Source: Octopus bimaculoides (lineage: Eukaryota). Taken from it: a DNA stretch of 64,000 bases. The stretch covers positions 38,397,482 through 38,461,481 of the forward strand of contig NC_068985.1 in the NCBI RefSeq assembly GCF_001194135.2. The letters run 5' to 3'. The position numbers and the translations under genes were made by a program. Numbering within the stretch: position 1 is the stretch's first letter; each line of letters starts with the position of its first letter. The notes beneath the pieces were generated by a model. That model ran no database searches and was not told where the DNA came from. It worked only from the letters and a program-made list of their open reading frames with translations. Shown one piece after another: positions 26,974-40,585 of the stretch.

Positions 26974-27047
26974 TAAGCGTGACTGTGTGATAAGTAGTTT
27001 GCTAACCTGCCACATGGGTTTGGGTTCAGTCCCACTGCGTGGTACCT
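26974..27047 (+). mobile_element. SINE family B head fragment
   Basis: ctgtgtgataagtagtttgct..ccacatgg..gggttcagtcccactgcgtgg. Confidence 0.8.
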
Positions 27048-27542
27048 TTATTTTCTAGTCTTCTACATATGTCGCATGAGAGAATATCGTCTAATCTTCT
27101 ATCAATGGAGAACTCAGTGAATTATGGCAATTATATTTTGAAATATCAAAGAAAACTGCGTAATCCGTTGTTAATTATTGTATCTACATTGTATATTATT
27201 CGAATTAGAAAAAAACAGTTCGAAATATATGCACTATGAATGATAGTGAACCACAGATCTTTCCGTATAGGAAAGATACGAATTCTTATTTTTTGTTTTG
27301 ATAAAGGTCAAGGAAGATAGGAATATAAACGGATAGACTTCCGTAGTTCTGCTCATGTATTCTGTAATTATTTCTACTTTATATTGATTTACATATTTCA
27401 AGTTAAAAAAGAAATTTAAAACAGCACCATTGCGCCTTACATTATTAATTATTTAATTAATCAGTGTTAATATCAACTTTATTGCATCAAACCAATTAGG
27501 TTGAACAAGTCAACACCTTGCTAGTTTGTATACTATATCAAT

Positions 27543-27755
27543 GGTTGGCGAGCTGACGGAAGCGTTGGCACGCCGAACGAAATGCTTGGTGGAATTTCAT
27601 CTGTCTTTACGTTCTGAGTTCAAATTCCGCCGAGATTGACTTTGCTTTTCATCCATTTGGGGTCGAAAAATTAAGTACCATTTGCGTACTGGGGTCGGTC
27701 TAATCTACTAGCCTCTTCGCCACAAATTTTGACCCTTGTGCCTAGAGTCGAAAAG
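27543..27755 (+). mobile_element. SINE family A, near full length
   Basis: ggcgagctg..cgttctgagttcaaattccgccgag..ccttgtgcctagagtcgaaaag. Confidence 0.88.
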
Positions 27756-28634
27756 TAATATATATATNNNNNNNNNNNNNNNNNNNNNNNNNNNNNNNNN
27801 NNNNNNNNNNNNNNNNNNNNNNNNNNNNNNNNNNNNNNNNNNNNNNNNNNNNNNNNNNNNNNNNNNNNNNNNNNNNNNNNNNNNNNNNNNNNNNNNNNNN
27901 NNNNNNNNNNNNNNNNNNNNNNNNNNNNNNNNNNNNNNNNNNNNNNNNNNNNNNNNNNNNNNNNNNNNNNNNNNNNNNNNNNNNNNNNNNNNNNNNNNNN
28001 NNNNNNNNNNNNNNNNNNNNNNNNNNNNNNNNNNNNNNNNNNNNNNNNNNNNNNNNNNNNNNNNNNNNNNNNNNNNNNNNNNNNNNNNNNNNNNNNNNNN
28101 NNNNNNNNNNNNNNNNNNNNNNNNNNNNNNNNNNNNNNNNNNNNNNNNNNNNNNNNNNNNNNNNNNNNNNNNNNNNNNNNNNNNNNNNNNNNNNNNNNNN
28201 NNNNNNNNNNNNNNNNNNNNNNNNNNNNNNNNNNNNNNNNNNNNNNNNNNNNNNNNNNNNNNNNNNNNNNNNNNNNNNNNNNNNNNNNNNNNNNNNNNNN
28301 NNNNNNNNNNNNNNNNNNNNNNNNNNNNNNNNNNNNNNNNNNNNNNNNNNNNNNNNNNNNNNNNNNNNNNNNNNNNNNNNNNNNNNNNNNNNNNNNNNNN
28401 NNNNNNNNNNNNNNNNNNNNNNNNNNNNNNNNNNNNNNNNNNNNNNNNNNNNNNNNNNNNNNNNNNNNNNNNNNNNNNNNNNNNNNNNNNNNNNNNNNNN
28501 NNNNNNNNNNNNNNATATATATATATATATATATATATACATGTGTGTGTATCTATATAAATATGTATTATATATATGTGTATATGTGCATGTTTGTGTA
28601 CAGATATCTATTTCAGTAGGTATACGTATTTTTT

Positions 28635-28674
<40 letters not shown>

Positions 28675-28976
28675 CGTGTATCTAGACTTTTCCCTGTGCT
28701 TCCTTTATCTCTTTGTAACTCAAACAATAATCATGATCGATGTTCTGCTGGCAGTCTCAAATTTATTTATTCGCATGCACAATTCAGAACATGCAAAATT
28801 AGAATTCTAATCACCAAATTTGCCATAATTATCATCGTAGCAAATGCACATTCAGATTATCGTCATTACGAATTTGTTCATCCTTTAATGAACATTTGTG
28901 CATTTCAGGTGGTCTATGCATATGTAATTCGAAAAGAGATATTTTGCTTATCATTTAGAAATGAAATGTACATGCA

Positions 28977-29014
<38 letters not shown>

Positions 29015-29559
29015 GGACAAAATCCAAAATTACAGGCAAAAAACTCAATTAATATTCAATTTATAAAAAATTAAAATTAAATTGAGTCTTATAGATAAAG
29101 TATATATAAAATATATAGTTTTAGGGAAAATAACCAATTATCAAGAACATATGTGATAGTGGATTTTCATCGATGAGTTCTTGATAATTGGTTATTTTCC
29201 CTAAAACTATATATTTTATNNNNNNNNNNNNNNNNNNNNNNNNNNNNNNNNNNNNNNNNNNNNNNNNNNNNNNNNNNNNNNNNNNNNNNNNNNNNNNNNN
29301 NNNNNNNNNNNNNNNNNNNNNNNNNNNNNNNNNNNNNNNNNNNNNNNNNNNNNNNNNNNNNNNNNNNNNNNNNNNNNNNNNNNNNNNNNNNNNNNNNNNN
29401 NNNNNNNNNNNNNNNNNNNNNNNNNNNNNNNNNNNNNNNNNNNNNNNNNNNNNNNNNNNNNNNNNNNNNNNNNNNNNNNNNNNNNNNNNNNNNNNNNNNN
29501 NNNNNNNNNNNNNNNNNNNNNNNNNNNNNNNNNNNNNNNNNNNNNNNNNNNNNNNNNNN

Positions 29560-29604
<45 letters not shown>

Positions 29605-29911
29605 TATATAGAGAGGGAGAGAGACGGGGAAAGAAAGAGAAAGAGAAAGAAATGTTGTGTGAATTTATTGGTGTACATACTGATATAAGAAATGTTCTCT
29701 TGATCGGTGAAAAGTCTGGTTCTTCTACAATGTTATCAATAAGAATATATAAGGTTTGATAGAGTTATAAAATCATGCTTGTTGCCGTCTTTCCTATTTC
29801 TTAAATGTTTTTAAATAAAGCTACGTACAGTTATATTTAACGTGCTCACGTGTACCGAAACACTGCAGAAAATATTCGAAAAGAACAAAAAATGAAAAAC
29901 TCTTTTTATAG

Positions 29912-29963
29912 ACAAAATGCGTGAAAACACACCCGACTGGGACATTAATGGCATCACCTGACT
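29912..29963 (+). CDS. Candidate small exon (unverified)
   Basis: tctttttatag| TKCVKTHPTGTLMASPD |GTAAGT, 52 bp, phase 0-1. Confidence 0.25.
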
Positions 29964-32849
29964 GTAAGTCACGTTTTCCTGTTTCATCAGCTATAGATAC
30001 TGAATCTTTGATGTAATTTCTTATTTCTACAAAGCGAATAGTAAATTCTCAGTTGTATAACACTTCTTATATTTAACAGCAATTAAATACTTAATTTTCT
30101 GTTGTGTGCAAAGCTTTTTCAAATTCGACTAACTCGGTGTTTTCGCACGTATTGTCTCGAAGATGAATTTTTCTTCTGAGATAGTTACGCAGTGAGTGTC
30201 GATTTAAGTTTTACTATATTGAACGTGTTAAATATAAATGCAAGCAACGTTATGTCAATCATCATTGCCTAGTGTGCAATTCCAATTTGACGATACTTTG
30301 CACACGCCAGCAAATTTATTACTGCTATTTACATATAAGAGCGACAGTTCTGAGTGATCTATGGCCGACACAGAAGCACTAATCGTACAGTCCGATGACG
30401 TTTTTCACGATGCAATTCAACATTTCCCCATATATTGTTTATAACTTGAATTTTCCTCCCGAGACAGTGATTTTAGCGAAAGATTTCACACGATCACTTT
30501 AAATATATAATTATACAACTTTATTTTAATGACGACTCTTTAGTGCGCTTTAAATGAATTGTGATAATAATATCATTCAGTTTGATACTGTTGCTTCCTC
30601 GCTGCAATTCTATTTCTTATTGCCATCGTAGTCGTTAAAGCGTAGGATAGGATACACTGCAGAATTCATTCCGGCATTCTGCGTACTGAGCTTAAATCCT
30701 GCCAAAATCAACATTGTTGTTCATCACTCCCAGGTCGATAAATGAGGTTGCAGCTAAGTACTGAAATTAATTCTTCTTTCCTCTCTCTTACACTCCAATA
30801 TGATATTCTATACAGAAATGTCCGAAGGCAGGCAATAAACAAACACCTATATGTTCTAAGTATATAGTATATTGTGAAGATAACGGTAGGAGGTTGGTTA
30901 AGCATCACTTGATGATAACTTTATTTTCCAAAAGACGTTTTATACCAAACGATAAATACATAACCAAGAAAAGGAAAACGAAACCAAAAGCGAGCACTAT
31001 GAACGGACCAATTCGTGACTATGGTAATTAGAAAACAATTCCAAATAAAATAATAAGAACTATAACACTAATAAAAACTGTAAACGAAATAAAACCTCAC
31101 AACATTTAAGCCAAACGTCAAGTTGTGTAGGAGATCTGAAGCAATCGTCGGTATTTGATTGGAAGTGTATTTCGTCAATGTCTCTTCTGAACTCAAATGA
31201 CCCGAGAGAAATTTGGTCACGACATGGTGTTTGTCACATGTAAGAAAAATACAACAAGGCTTGTCTTTGTGAATTTGTCTTGTGCAGAGTAGGAAGCCAA
31301 GAAAGTATATTATAAGAACATCTGGCAGGTTCCTTGAAATCCGATTATACATACATGTATCCACACACACAGACACACGCACACACGCACACACACACAT
31401 ATATCACAAAGTGAAGCACACACATATTTCTGTGATTATACATACGCGCGTTCTCTTTTATGTATATATATGTAAAACTGTAAGCATGCGTGTGTTTATT
31501 TGTATATGATTACGTATAAGTGTATATATATTTGTATTATGATTGCATAGTTATACAGTTTATCCGCTTATGCCAAGTATGTTGTGGTGGTGGTGGTGGT
31601 GGTGGTGGTGGTGGNNNNNNNNNNTATCCGCTTATGCCAAGTATGTTGTGGTGGTGGTGGTGGTGGTGGTGGTGGTGGTGGTGATGATGATGATAATGAT
31701 GATGATAATGATGATGATGATGATGATGGGGCAGTGGTGGTGGTGGTGGTGGGGGCGCCGCGGCGGTTTAGCGGAAATGTTAATCGCAGTGATAAATGAA
31801 AACTGTCATTACTGTTGTATCGAAATTTGCAGCCAGCCAAGAGAAGAACGATCGACCAAACACTCTACACTGTAAATATTTCATCATTTGATAACAACCA
31901 CTTCAATTGAATGACTGATCTTACATCCCTACCAATTGCTTTTTATTCCACGCATTTCTCTTATAACATGTGTACAGGTATGTTCTCGTTCCCTTTGTTC
32001 TCGTCGATGTCGTGGTTATTGCTATTGTTGTCTTTGATGTTCTTGTTGCTGGTAGTGTTGTTGTTGTTGTTGTCGTCATCGTCGTCGCTGTTGTTGTTGT
32101 TGTTTTTGTTTGACCCCCACATCGTCCCCGTTCCAAATGACTTAAAAGAGAAAGTATTCAAGCCACCGAGCAGGCTTTCCGGGCGCCATGTCATTTAACT
32201 ACAACCATGAAAATAGGAGAAAGAACTTTGGTAAACTGAAGCTCAGAGAGTCATATTTACGGTTGTATGTGACACACACTGTGTCAGTTCTCTCGACAGA
32301 AAATTCTAATGTAAAAAAAAAATATACATACAAAAATTCTAAGTATATATTTAGTTAAAAATGTTCTTTAAAAAAATGTATATTTCATGTTTCTTTTTTC
32401 AGTATCTGTTATTTTGTATACAATTTTTAAATGATTCTAATGTGTTAGCGTATCTCAAGTAACGTTTTTAGGAAGTGAGTATTAAATTGTCGTTGCATTC
32501 ATATGTAAAAATAATACTTGTAAGAAAAAAATATAACAAAATGGTGCGATGTTAAAATAACACTTAGAGAGTATAACAGATGAGAGATGTCTTGTTGCCG
32601 GTTTATATTTTAAATAATGAATAGCGTAGAAAGATGAGGTGACAGGACTAGGGAGATATTCAGACAGATAGAGAGACAAATACCTGGCTGGTTGGGTAGC
32701 TGGACTGGATTTGTAGATAAGTATTTGGTTAGGTAGATTGAAAGGTGGGCACACAGCTTAATCGATTAGTAGATAGAGGAATATATAGGTATGAAGATAA
32801 ATAAAGAGATAGATAAATAGACAGACTGACAGACAAATAGATAAATAGA

Positions 32850-33095
32850 TACATTTCTTTTATTAGCCACACAGGGCTCAACGAAGATGGGACAAATACA
32901 ATGTAGAGCTTTTCTTTTTGGGAGGGGGAAGGGGGAAAAAGGGGGGGTCGATCAAAAGAGATCGTAGGAAGGAAAAGGGGGGAGTTCGATGAAAAGGGAT
33001 CGGAAAAAAAAAGGCCGATCAATAGGGATCGTGTATCACAGTAATGTTCTCGTGTAAAAGGAGGGGAGGACAGTTTAGGTTTGGCCGTGAGATAG
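32850..33095 (-). mobile_element. Probable L1/Tx1-type LINE 3' UTR between (GATA)n arrays
   Basis: Pyrimidine-rich on -, ends gagccctgtgtggctAATAAAagaaa then (TATC)n; family assignment is recalled similarity only. Confidence 0.5.
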
Positions 33096-33097
33096 AC

Positions 33098-33130
<33 letters not shown>

Positions 33131-33254
33131 TGTTAATAGAAAGAGTAGCACAGAGAAAGAAAGAGGGAGAGTGAGTAAATGAGAGAGAGAGAGAGAGAAA
33201 GAGAGATAGAGAGAGAAGGAAAAGGAACATGATTTTTAGAATAGCAATGCTTTA

Positions 33255-33665
33255 CTATTGATAGATTGACAGATACACTGGGTGGCATGAAAGACCTATA
33301 TCCAGTTTGTTTTCTTTTTGTATATCAGGCACTGCATTATTGAACGTATTCAAAATGATTGGGTGTTCTTTGAAAGAGATTTGACTTTTATTTTTAGCAG
33401 TCATGCGACCATATAGAGATTCCTTCGTGGCGTACGAAGTAACATGCAATAGTAAAAGTCTGACTGTATCTCTTTTGATGTATTTATTAGGAGTTCTGAT
33501 CCTGATCCCTATACAACCGGCTAGTTTACCAGCTGCCAGGTAGGCATTCCCTTCATATTTCACATGTTCATATTTCAAACTATCAAACAATAAGGAAAAA
33601 CTAAAACAGAACAATGACGTATCACTTACATAAGCATATTTGCTTTCATACACATGTAACTTCAC
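33255..33665 (-). CDS. Longest non-repetitive ORF (136 aa), possible exon
   Basis: Open frame ...LKYEHVKYEGNAYLAAGKLAG...KEHPIILNTFNNAVPDIQKENKLDIG; strong acceptor tttttccttattgtttgatag inside; no family recognised. Confidence 0.2.
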   Translation of the reverse strand: MKLHVYESKYAYVSDTSLFCFSFSLLFDSLKYEHVKYEGNAYLAAGKLAGCIGIRIRTPNKYIKRDTVRLLLLHVTSYATKESLYGRMTAKNKSQISFKEHPIILNTFNNAVPDIQKENKLDIGLSCHPVYLSIYQ

Positions 33666-34813
33666 GTAAGTGAGCTAAACCACCCACGAATATAACAAAA
33701 GAATATATTTAATAAGCCCTATATCAGATAATGGTGTTGGCATTTCGGAGGATTGAAAATGGATACTCAAAATTATCTAGGTGTCATTGTGTTTGCTTTA
33801 CGTTTATTTTGTTTTATTATTTTTGAGTATTTAACTACGCCTTGATGTCTATATGATAACAGATTATCTTCATTTTTACTAGAGGTAGTTGCGGAAGACA
33901 GGAAATAATAAAAGTGATTACACGTTGAAACATTTCTTATATATAATATCTATTCTAGATTCGAAAATATAGTTGCTTTCCCTTTTGTGTTATATCTCTC
34001 ATAGATCAGTTCACTTTTTGAAGATATCTAAAAGGGTGGTTGTAAATCAAATGGCTCATTTATTTTATTGGTCTTTTTATCAGGAAAGATGGATTGTATT
34101 CATGGCTGTCATAGGAAATGTGTGACTCATGGCGTCAAGAAAATCACCACTGAAAATGTTGGCTTTATTTAATGCATACATGCAGAATTATTCTGACGAA
34201 GCACAGTATTTTCCAACTGGTAGTCATTGTACTATTTAAACTCGGCATTATAATTTCAAAAAGCTGCCTTCACTTTTTCTCATTGGTAAACCTATCTGTT
34301 TTAAATATTTACAACTGTCTGAGATGGGTAGTCCAGAATAAAGCAACTTACCAGCAGACATTATTTCGGTCGCCACACTGAAAAAAGAAAACAGCCCAAC
34401 AGAAAAACGCCTGAGAACAGCCTAACAGAAAAGTGCCTGAGAACAAGTGGCTGGCATGTTGTCACCAGCGAACCGATGTTTATATTTTTAGTAATGATTT
34501 ATCACAAATGGAAGAGCAGATCCTTTGGTCTTTGCAAGTCCTAACTGGTGAATCACTAGCACTTTAAACACCTGTCAGAAGATATCGAAATGAATTGCAG
34601 AAGGTTGTATTTAAGAGGGAGACCAAGTTGGGAAAAAGGAACATAAATAAGTGTGATATACAGTCAAGTTATTTCAGGAACAAAAGATACTCTAGTAACG
34701 ATCGGTGAGGCCAGGAGATGAAACAGTTATGTGTACTAGACATAGTTATTAATGATGCATGATGGTGTGTATATATATCAATCAACCGAATAGTTTTCCC
34801 ACTGTTGTTTAAG

Positions 34814-34881
34814 GTGTGTATGAGTCTGTTCGCAGCAGCATGTACCCAAATGAAGAGCAACACACCAACAGCGGTTTATCC
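34814..34881 (+). CDS. Candidate internal exon (unverified)
   Basis: ttttcccactgttgtttaag| (G)VYESVRSSMYPNEEQHTNSGLS |GTAAGT, 68 bp, phase 1-0. Confidence 0.35.
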
Positions 34882-35955
34882 GTAAGTTTTAGGAAGATCA
34901 GCAACTAATCAGAACCGAAATACGTTCTGACAAAATGATTAAAAAATGAGTAAATGTTGTGGTAAACATTTGATTTTCGTAGCATTGTAAAGGCATTTAG
35001 AGCTTTAATTGTGTGCTGTCAGAGTGGATGCGATACAAAACTGTTCTTTTTTTCTATAACACGATTTTAAATTCAAGATTTTGTATGATACACTTTTATA
35101 TATCCCAGTTGGAGATGTTTTTGGAGTATTTGTTCCTTGAGAGAGCGCAGATCTAGTGAGAAATGTTTCATGTCAGGTCTGAATAATACATTTGTGCAGT
35201 GAAGCTTGCAGTGATATCACCTGCATACGGTTATGAATTAATAGAAGAGAGAGCGAGCACGCCGTTGATATGCAGAAGGAATATTGGGGCACATATAACG
35301 GAGTTATTAGAAATTGGAAAGAAATGAGCCACGATAGCGCAGCCTCAATATAAACCCTAGATGATAAATGTGGTCTTTCTTTTTTGTTCTTTTTCGTAAA
35401 ACTATGTCCTTTGATAGCAGGAGTTAAGTATGAAAAATGTTATGCTAATGATTCATTATAAGGTAAAAGCATCTGTCACCGACTATCCACTTATCTCCAA
35501 ACAATCTGACACTGCTTTTCCATAATTGCATATCAACTTTGTGGAATTCTTCCTCTTTCAGATTATTTTAACTTCTCGCACGGAGCTGGTCTCATTTGTC
35601 GTTTACAAACTGTAATATACGTTCTAGAGGCGGAGATAGTTTTATAAATAAACAATTTCATGCTGTTTAATATATATATTCATACATATATGCATGTATA
35701 TGTATATGTGTGTGTGTCCATGTATGTATATNNNNNNNNNNNNNNNNNNNNNNNNNNNNNNNNNNNNNNNNNNNNNNNNNNNNNNNNNNNNNNNNNNNNN
35801 NNNNNNNNNNNNNNNNNNNNNNNNNNNNNNNNNNNNNNNNNNNNNNNNNNNNNNNNNNNNNNNNNNNNNNNNNNNNNNNNNNNNNNNNNNNNNNNNNNNN
35901 NNNNNNNNNNNNNNNNNNNNNNNNNNNNNNNNNNNNNNNNNNNNATATATATATA

Positions 35956-36342
35956 CTCTTTTACTTGTTTCAGTCATTTGGCAGCGGCCATATAGGAGCA
36001 CCGCCTTTAGTCGAGCAAATCGACCCCAGGACTTATCCTTTGTAAGCCTAGTACTTATTCTATCGTCCACTTTTGCCGAACCGCTAGGTTATGGGGACGT
36101 AAACATACCAGCATCGGTTGTCAAGCGATGTTGGAGGGGTGACTAATACAGACACACAAACAGATACATATACATGTATACGACGGGCTTCTTTTAGTTT
36201 CGGTCTACCAAATCCACTCACAAGGATTTGGTCGGCCCGAGGCTATAGGAGAAGACACTTGCCCAAGGTACCACGCAGTGGGACTGAACCCGGAACCGTG
36301 AGGTTGGTAAGCAAGCTACATACCACGCAGCCTCTCCTGCGC
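35956..36342 (-). mobile_element. SINE family B, full length
   Basis: Colinear with 19104-19572 from head to tail. Confidence 0.92.
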
Positions 36343-37342
36343 ATATGAATATATTGACATATACATATATATATACATACATACACACACACCTTTTATG
36401 CCAACGTGTATATGTATTACTATATATAATTCAATGGTACTATTACTTGAAATGTTATTTTGGCTAGACTAAACAAAAAAGTCACAATTTATATAATCTG
36501 GTTCCAACAACATCGTATGAATTAGCTTAGCTTTCATAGAAGAATTCACATTGAGATGCTACGTGCCTTCGATTTCACAGCCTGAGTCTTTAAAAGCAGA
36601 CCATTTTTCTTTCTTTCTTCCTTTTCCTGTTGCAAGTATTGTTAATATGCATTTGGAACGGAAGTGTAGCGGATCGAGTTTTAATACTACGAGCTTAAAT
36701 GTTATTTGGTTTCCTGATACAAGTTCATATATGCTAGGTATTGTTTCAACAGACGTAAATGTTAGTGATACAAAATATGTCTCTCTTCTTAAATATTCCG
36801 TGTAAGATATCCGAATTTCATTATAGAATTTTTTGTTTTTTAATCAGGTTTTTATCATGTTGTTTTTATATAAAAATGTATTAACATCTACACATACCCA
36901 CGCATTTTTGCAGACTTCTGAATAATATTAAACTCACCCAAGCACCTGCAAAATGTAATATATGATATTATACACATGCATACATTGACACGCTCATGCA
37001 CACACACATACACAAATATATGTATATACATGTATATATTTAGATACACTAACGCACACAAACATATGTATACATAGGTAGATAGATAAATAGATAGATA
37101 GGTAGATAGAAACGATGCACTCACCCAGCATACGCTATAGTTTTCTGACCCCACAAATGGGACTTTATTTCTTTTTCTTTGTGAATCAAGATGTTTCATT
37201 TAATATCCAATATAATCTTATGTTCAAACTCTGAATAGCTAAATCAATCATTATATGACCCCAGGATGTATCGCTTTTCATAAAAGACGACTCGATGTTG
37301 GCATTTATTTCTGTTTTGACATTAACGTATATAACACACAAT

Positions 37343-37960
37343 TATCTTTTCTAGTATAGGCACAAGGCCTGAAATTTTGGGCAGGGGTCTAGTCGATTAC
37401 ATCGACCCCAGTATTTCACTGGTACTTAATTTATCGACCCCGAAAGGATGAAAGGCAAAGTCGACCTCGGCGGTGTTTGAACTCGCAGACGAAATACCGC
37501 TATGTATTAAGCCTAGCGTGCTAATGATTCTTTTCTACTCTAGGTCTAAGGGCCCGAAATTTTGGGGGAGGGGTCCAGTTCAGTAGATAGACCCCAGTAC
37601 GAAATTGGTACTTAATTTATAGACCACGAACGGATGAACGGCAAAGTCGACTTCGGCGGAATTCGAACTCAGAATATAAAGACAGACGAAATACCGCTAA
37701 GCATTTCGCTCAGCGTCCTAACGCTTCTTATTTCTTTACTGCCCACAAGGGGCTACGCACAGATGGGACAAACAAGGACAGACAAACAGATTAAGTCGAT
37801 TATATCGACCCCAGTGCGTAACTGGTACTTATCTAATCGACCCCGAAAGGATGAAAGGCAAAGTCGACATCGGCGGAATTCGAACTCAGAACGTAGCGGC
37901 AGACTAAATACAGCTAAACATTTCGCCCGGCGTGCTAACGCTTCTGCCAGCTCGCCGCCC
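37343..37960 (-). mobile_element. Head-to-tail trimer of SINE family A under one TSD
   Basis: Units about 37728-37960, 37530-37727 and 37343-37529; 15-bp TSD tatataacacacaat at 37328-37342 and 37961-37975. Confidence 0.92.
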
Positions 37961-38241
37961 TATATAACACACAATAATGAAATGTATTTCGTAACTTGTT
38001 CTGTTTTTATTGAATACTAAGATATTGAGAGAAATCTAGCACATTTATAAAAATATCAACAAGATAATTTGATTCAAATGCATGATTTATCTAAATATAT
38101 AAGGGATTTGGGTGAATTCTACTCTGTAATCGGTAACTCGGTCTTCTGCCGAAGAATATTCCGCCAAAGGATTGGCAGTTCTGTATATTCTCTCAAGACG
38201 TCTCTTATAAATGTATGTGTGTTCATGGTCGACTGTAATAA

Positions 38242-38245
<4 letters not shown>

Positions 38246-38337
<92 letters not shown>
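38246..38337. repeat. (TG)n microsatellite
   Basis: Read directly. Confidence 0.97.
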
Positions 38338-38340
<3 letters not shown>

Positions 38341-38686
38341 GTGTGTATATGTGCGCGCGCGGTAGCGTGTGTTGTGTTTGTGTAAACAACGAAAGGGAGC
38401 AAGATGAAATATCTCAGTTTTCCCCAGCATGAATTTGAACGACTAACACAGATGATAGTATATTAAATAATATGCTAGATTAATTTCTGGTAAATGAAAA
38501 TATCTCTGCTTGAAGAGAAGGTAAAACAATGGCCTGGTGAGAAATGAGAATAACTATGAATTGGAATGAGAGGCGAAATCGAGAACCATGAGTTCTCCAG
38601 CGTTGGCATACCATTGAGGAAAGGACAATCTGTTTGCTCAGAGACAACCGGTGATACGTGTTTCTGCTTCAGTATAGCCATTAGAT

Positions 38687-38948
38687 GTGGAGGCGCGTGT
38701 CTTAGTTATCAGGCTGTTGGATTCATGATTGTAAGATTATTGTTTCGGTTCCTGTACCGGGCAACACGTTGTGTTCTTGAGCAAAACACTTCGTTTCAAG
38801 TTGTTCTAGTCCACTCAGCTGGCAAAAATGAGTAATCCTGCGACGGAATGGCGTCTGGTCCAGATGGGGAATTTATACACCATGGAAGCAGGGAAACCGG
38901 GAAACCGGCCCTCATGAGTCGACATGACACGGGAAGGAACTTTACTTT
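38687..38948 (+). mobile_element. tRNA-derived SINE family C, full length
   Basis: gtggaggcgcgtg.cttag head, gtttcggttcc B-box-like; 14-bp TSD tatagccattagat at 38673-38686 and 38949-38962. Confidence 0.9.
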
Positions 38949-39914
38949 TATAGCCATTAGATACATCGTCTTACTGTGACTTCAACTCACAAAGGAGGTA
39001 GACACATACAAAGAGTACATTTATGGCTTAATTTAATTTGCGCAATTAAAAAAACAAAAATGAGTTAAAAGAAATAGCTTAGTGTCCCTACTGGTATGAA
39101 TCTCGAAAACAAAGTGAATAAATGTATATTTAAATACCATGCAATATTTAATGGTATATAAATTAAAGAGAATTTTGAAGCTTGATTTTTGTATCCTCTT
39201 CTCGTTCTGAATATGCTTAAAATGAGGGAGAGTTGACTGGTGCTTTTCATGCCTCATTACGAAACCAGTTCCAGCAAATTCCTATTTAGCAACATCGAGA
39301 CAACGAGAGAAGATTTATGTGCTAGCCTGGCATGCTAGAAATTGCCACAAAGTCTCATTCAAATTACACTTTGTCATCTTAATATCGGTTCTGCAGTCCT
39401 CAGTATACTGTATGAAAATAAGACGGGATTGTCACTATAGCAATGTCTAAGCAACATTATTTTCCTTCGTAACGTACCTGCACACGCTATTTACTAAAGA
39501 CTGTAAAACTGTACTTTCTGTCTTAAACGTATTTTCTCTATTTTAACTATACTATCTGTATTACATGCCCTGTTTATTAATTTACTGTGTTGTGCTATAA
39601 ATTCTACTGTTGATATTACATCCAGTATCCGCATTAATTCTGTCCCTAGCATTAAATTTGTACCTATATATAACAGCTACTTACGTTTACGTTTCCTGTT
39701 CCACCATCTGTACAAAATAGGGTTTGCACATCAAATAGCATGGATATCAAATATTTTAAATATTTCCTATCCCTTACTGTTTCCATTTTATTTTAAACTA
39801 TTTATACGACTGCCGGGACATTGCTCGAAAATCTCATTGTGCGCGCCTGTGTTTGAGCGTGTATTTATATCTATCTAGCTAATTAATATGCATAAGTACA
39901 CACACGCATACAGA

Positions 39915-39957
<43 letters not shown>

Positions 39958-40330
39958 CACTGTATACATATGAACCAAACACCGCACGCTCACACATAAA
40001 CCCACCTTTACACTTAAATACTTAGATAATAAATATTTATTTTACAAGCTGCTGAGATCAGTAGCAGTTACCTATTTGACCTTTAGAGATCTAATGTATA
40101 TATCAATATAGGGGTCAATCGTATTGAACTTCAGAGAGAATATATGGTACGCATACCCAACAGCTAGGTGAACAAGGAGCACTATAGCATAAAATGTTCC
40201 TCCTAGAAACAGATGCAATTTGATTCTAAATAAGAAGTTCAATACGGGGGCTAGTTTTTGAGATAGTGTATGGAAGTTGAGAAACGAAAGGCCGGAGGGT
40301 TGTGGGACAGTAATTAAAGTATTAGTGAAC

Positions 40331-40500
40331 AGTCGTAGGCTTTTCTGTGTGGTTAAGAAGTTCGCTTCAGAGCCATGCAGTTTCATGTTCAATCCTATTA
40401 CAAGGCACGTTTGGTAAATGTCTTCTACTTTAGCTGTGAGCTGATAAATGCCATCTGAGGAAAATCTGGTAGAAGGAAACTGTAGAGAAACCCGTCGAAT
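40331..40500 (+). mobile_element. SINE family B 5' half, old
   Basis: ctgtgtggttaagaagtt.gctt..aa.tgtcttctact.tagc..ggtaga.ggaaactg. Confidence 0.65.
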
Positions 40501-40543
40501 GTGTGTGTTAGTATGTATCTATATGTGTGTGTACGTATGTGTA

Positions 40544-40585
<42 letters not shown>

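Noticed and set aside
31556-31660. Direct repeat tatccgcttatgccaagtatgttgtggtgg on both sides of a 10-N gap (a similar case at 25325-25380)
   Set aside because: Assembly overlap artefact.
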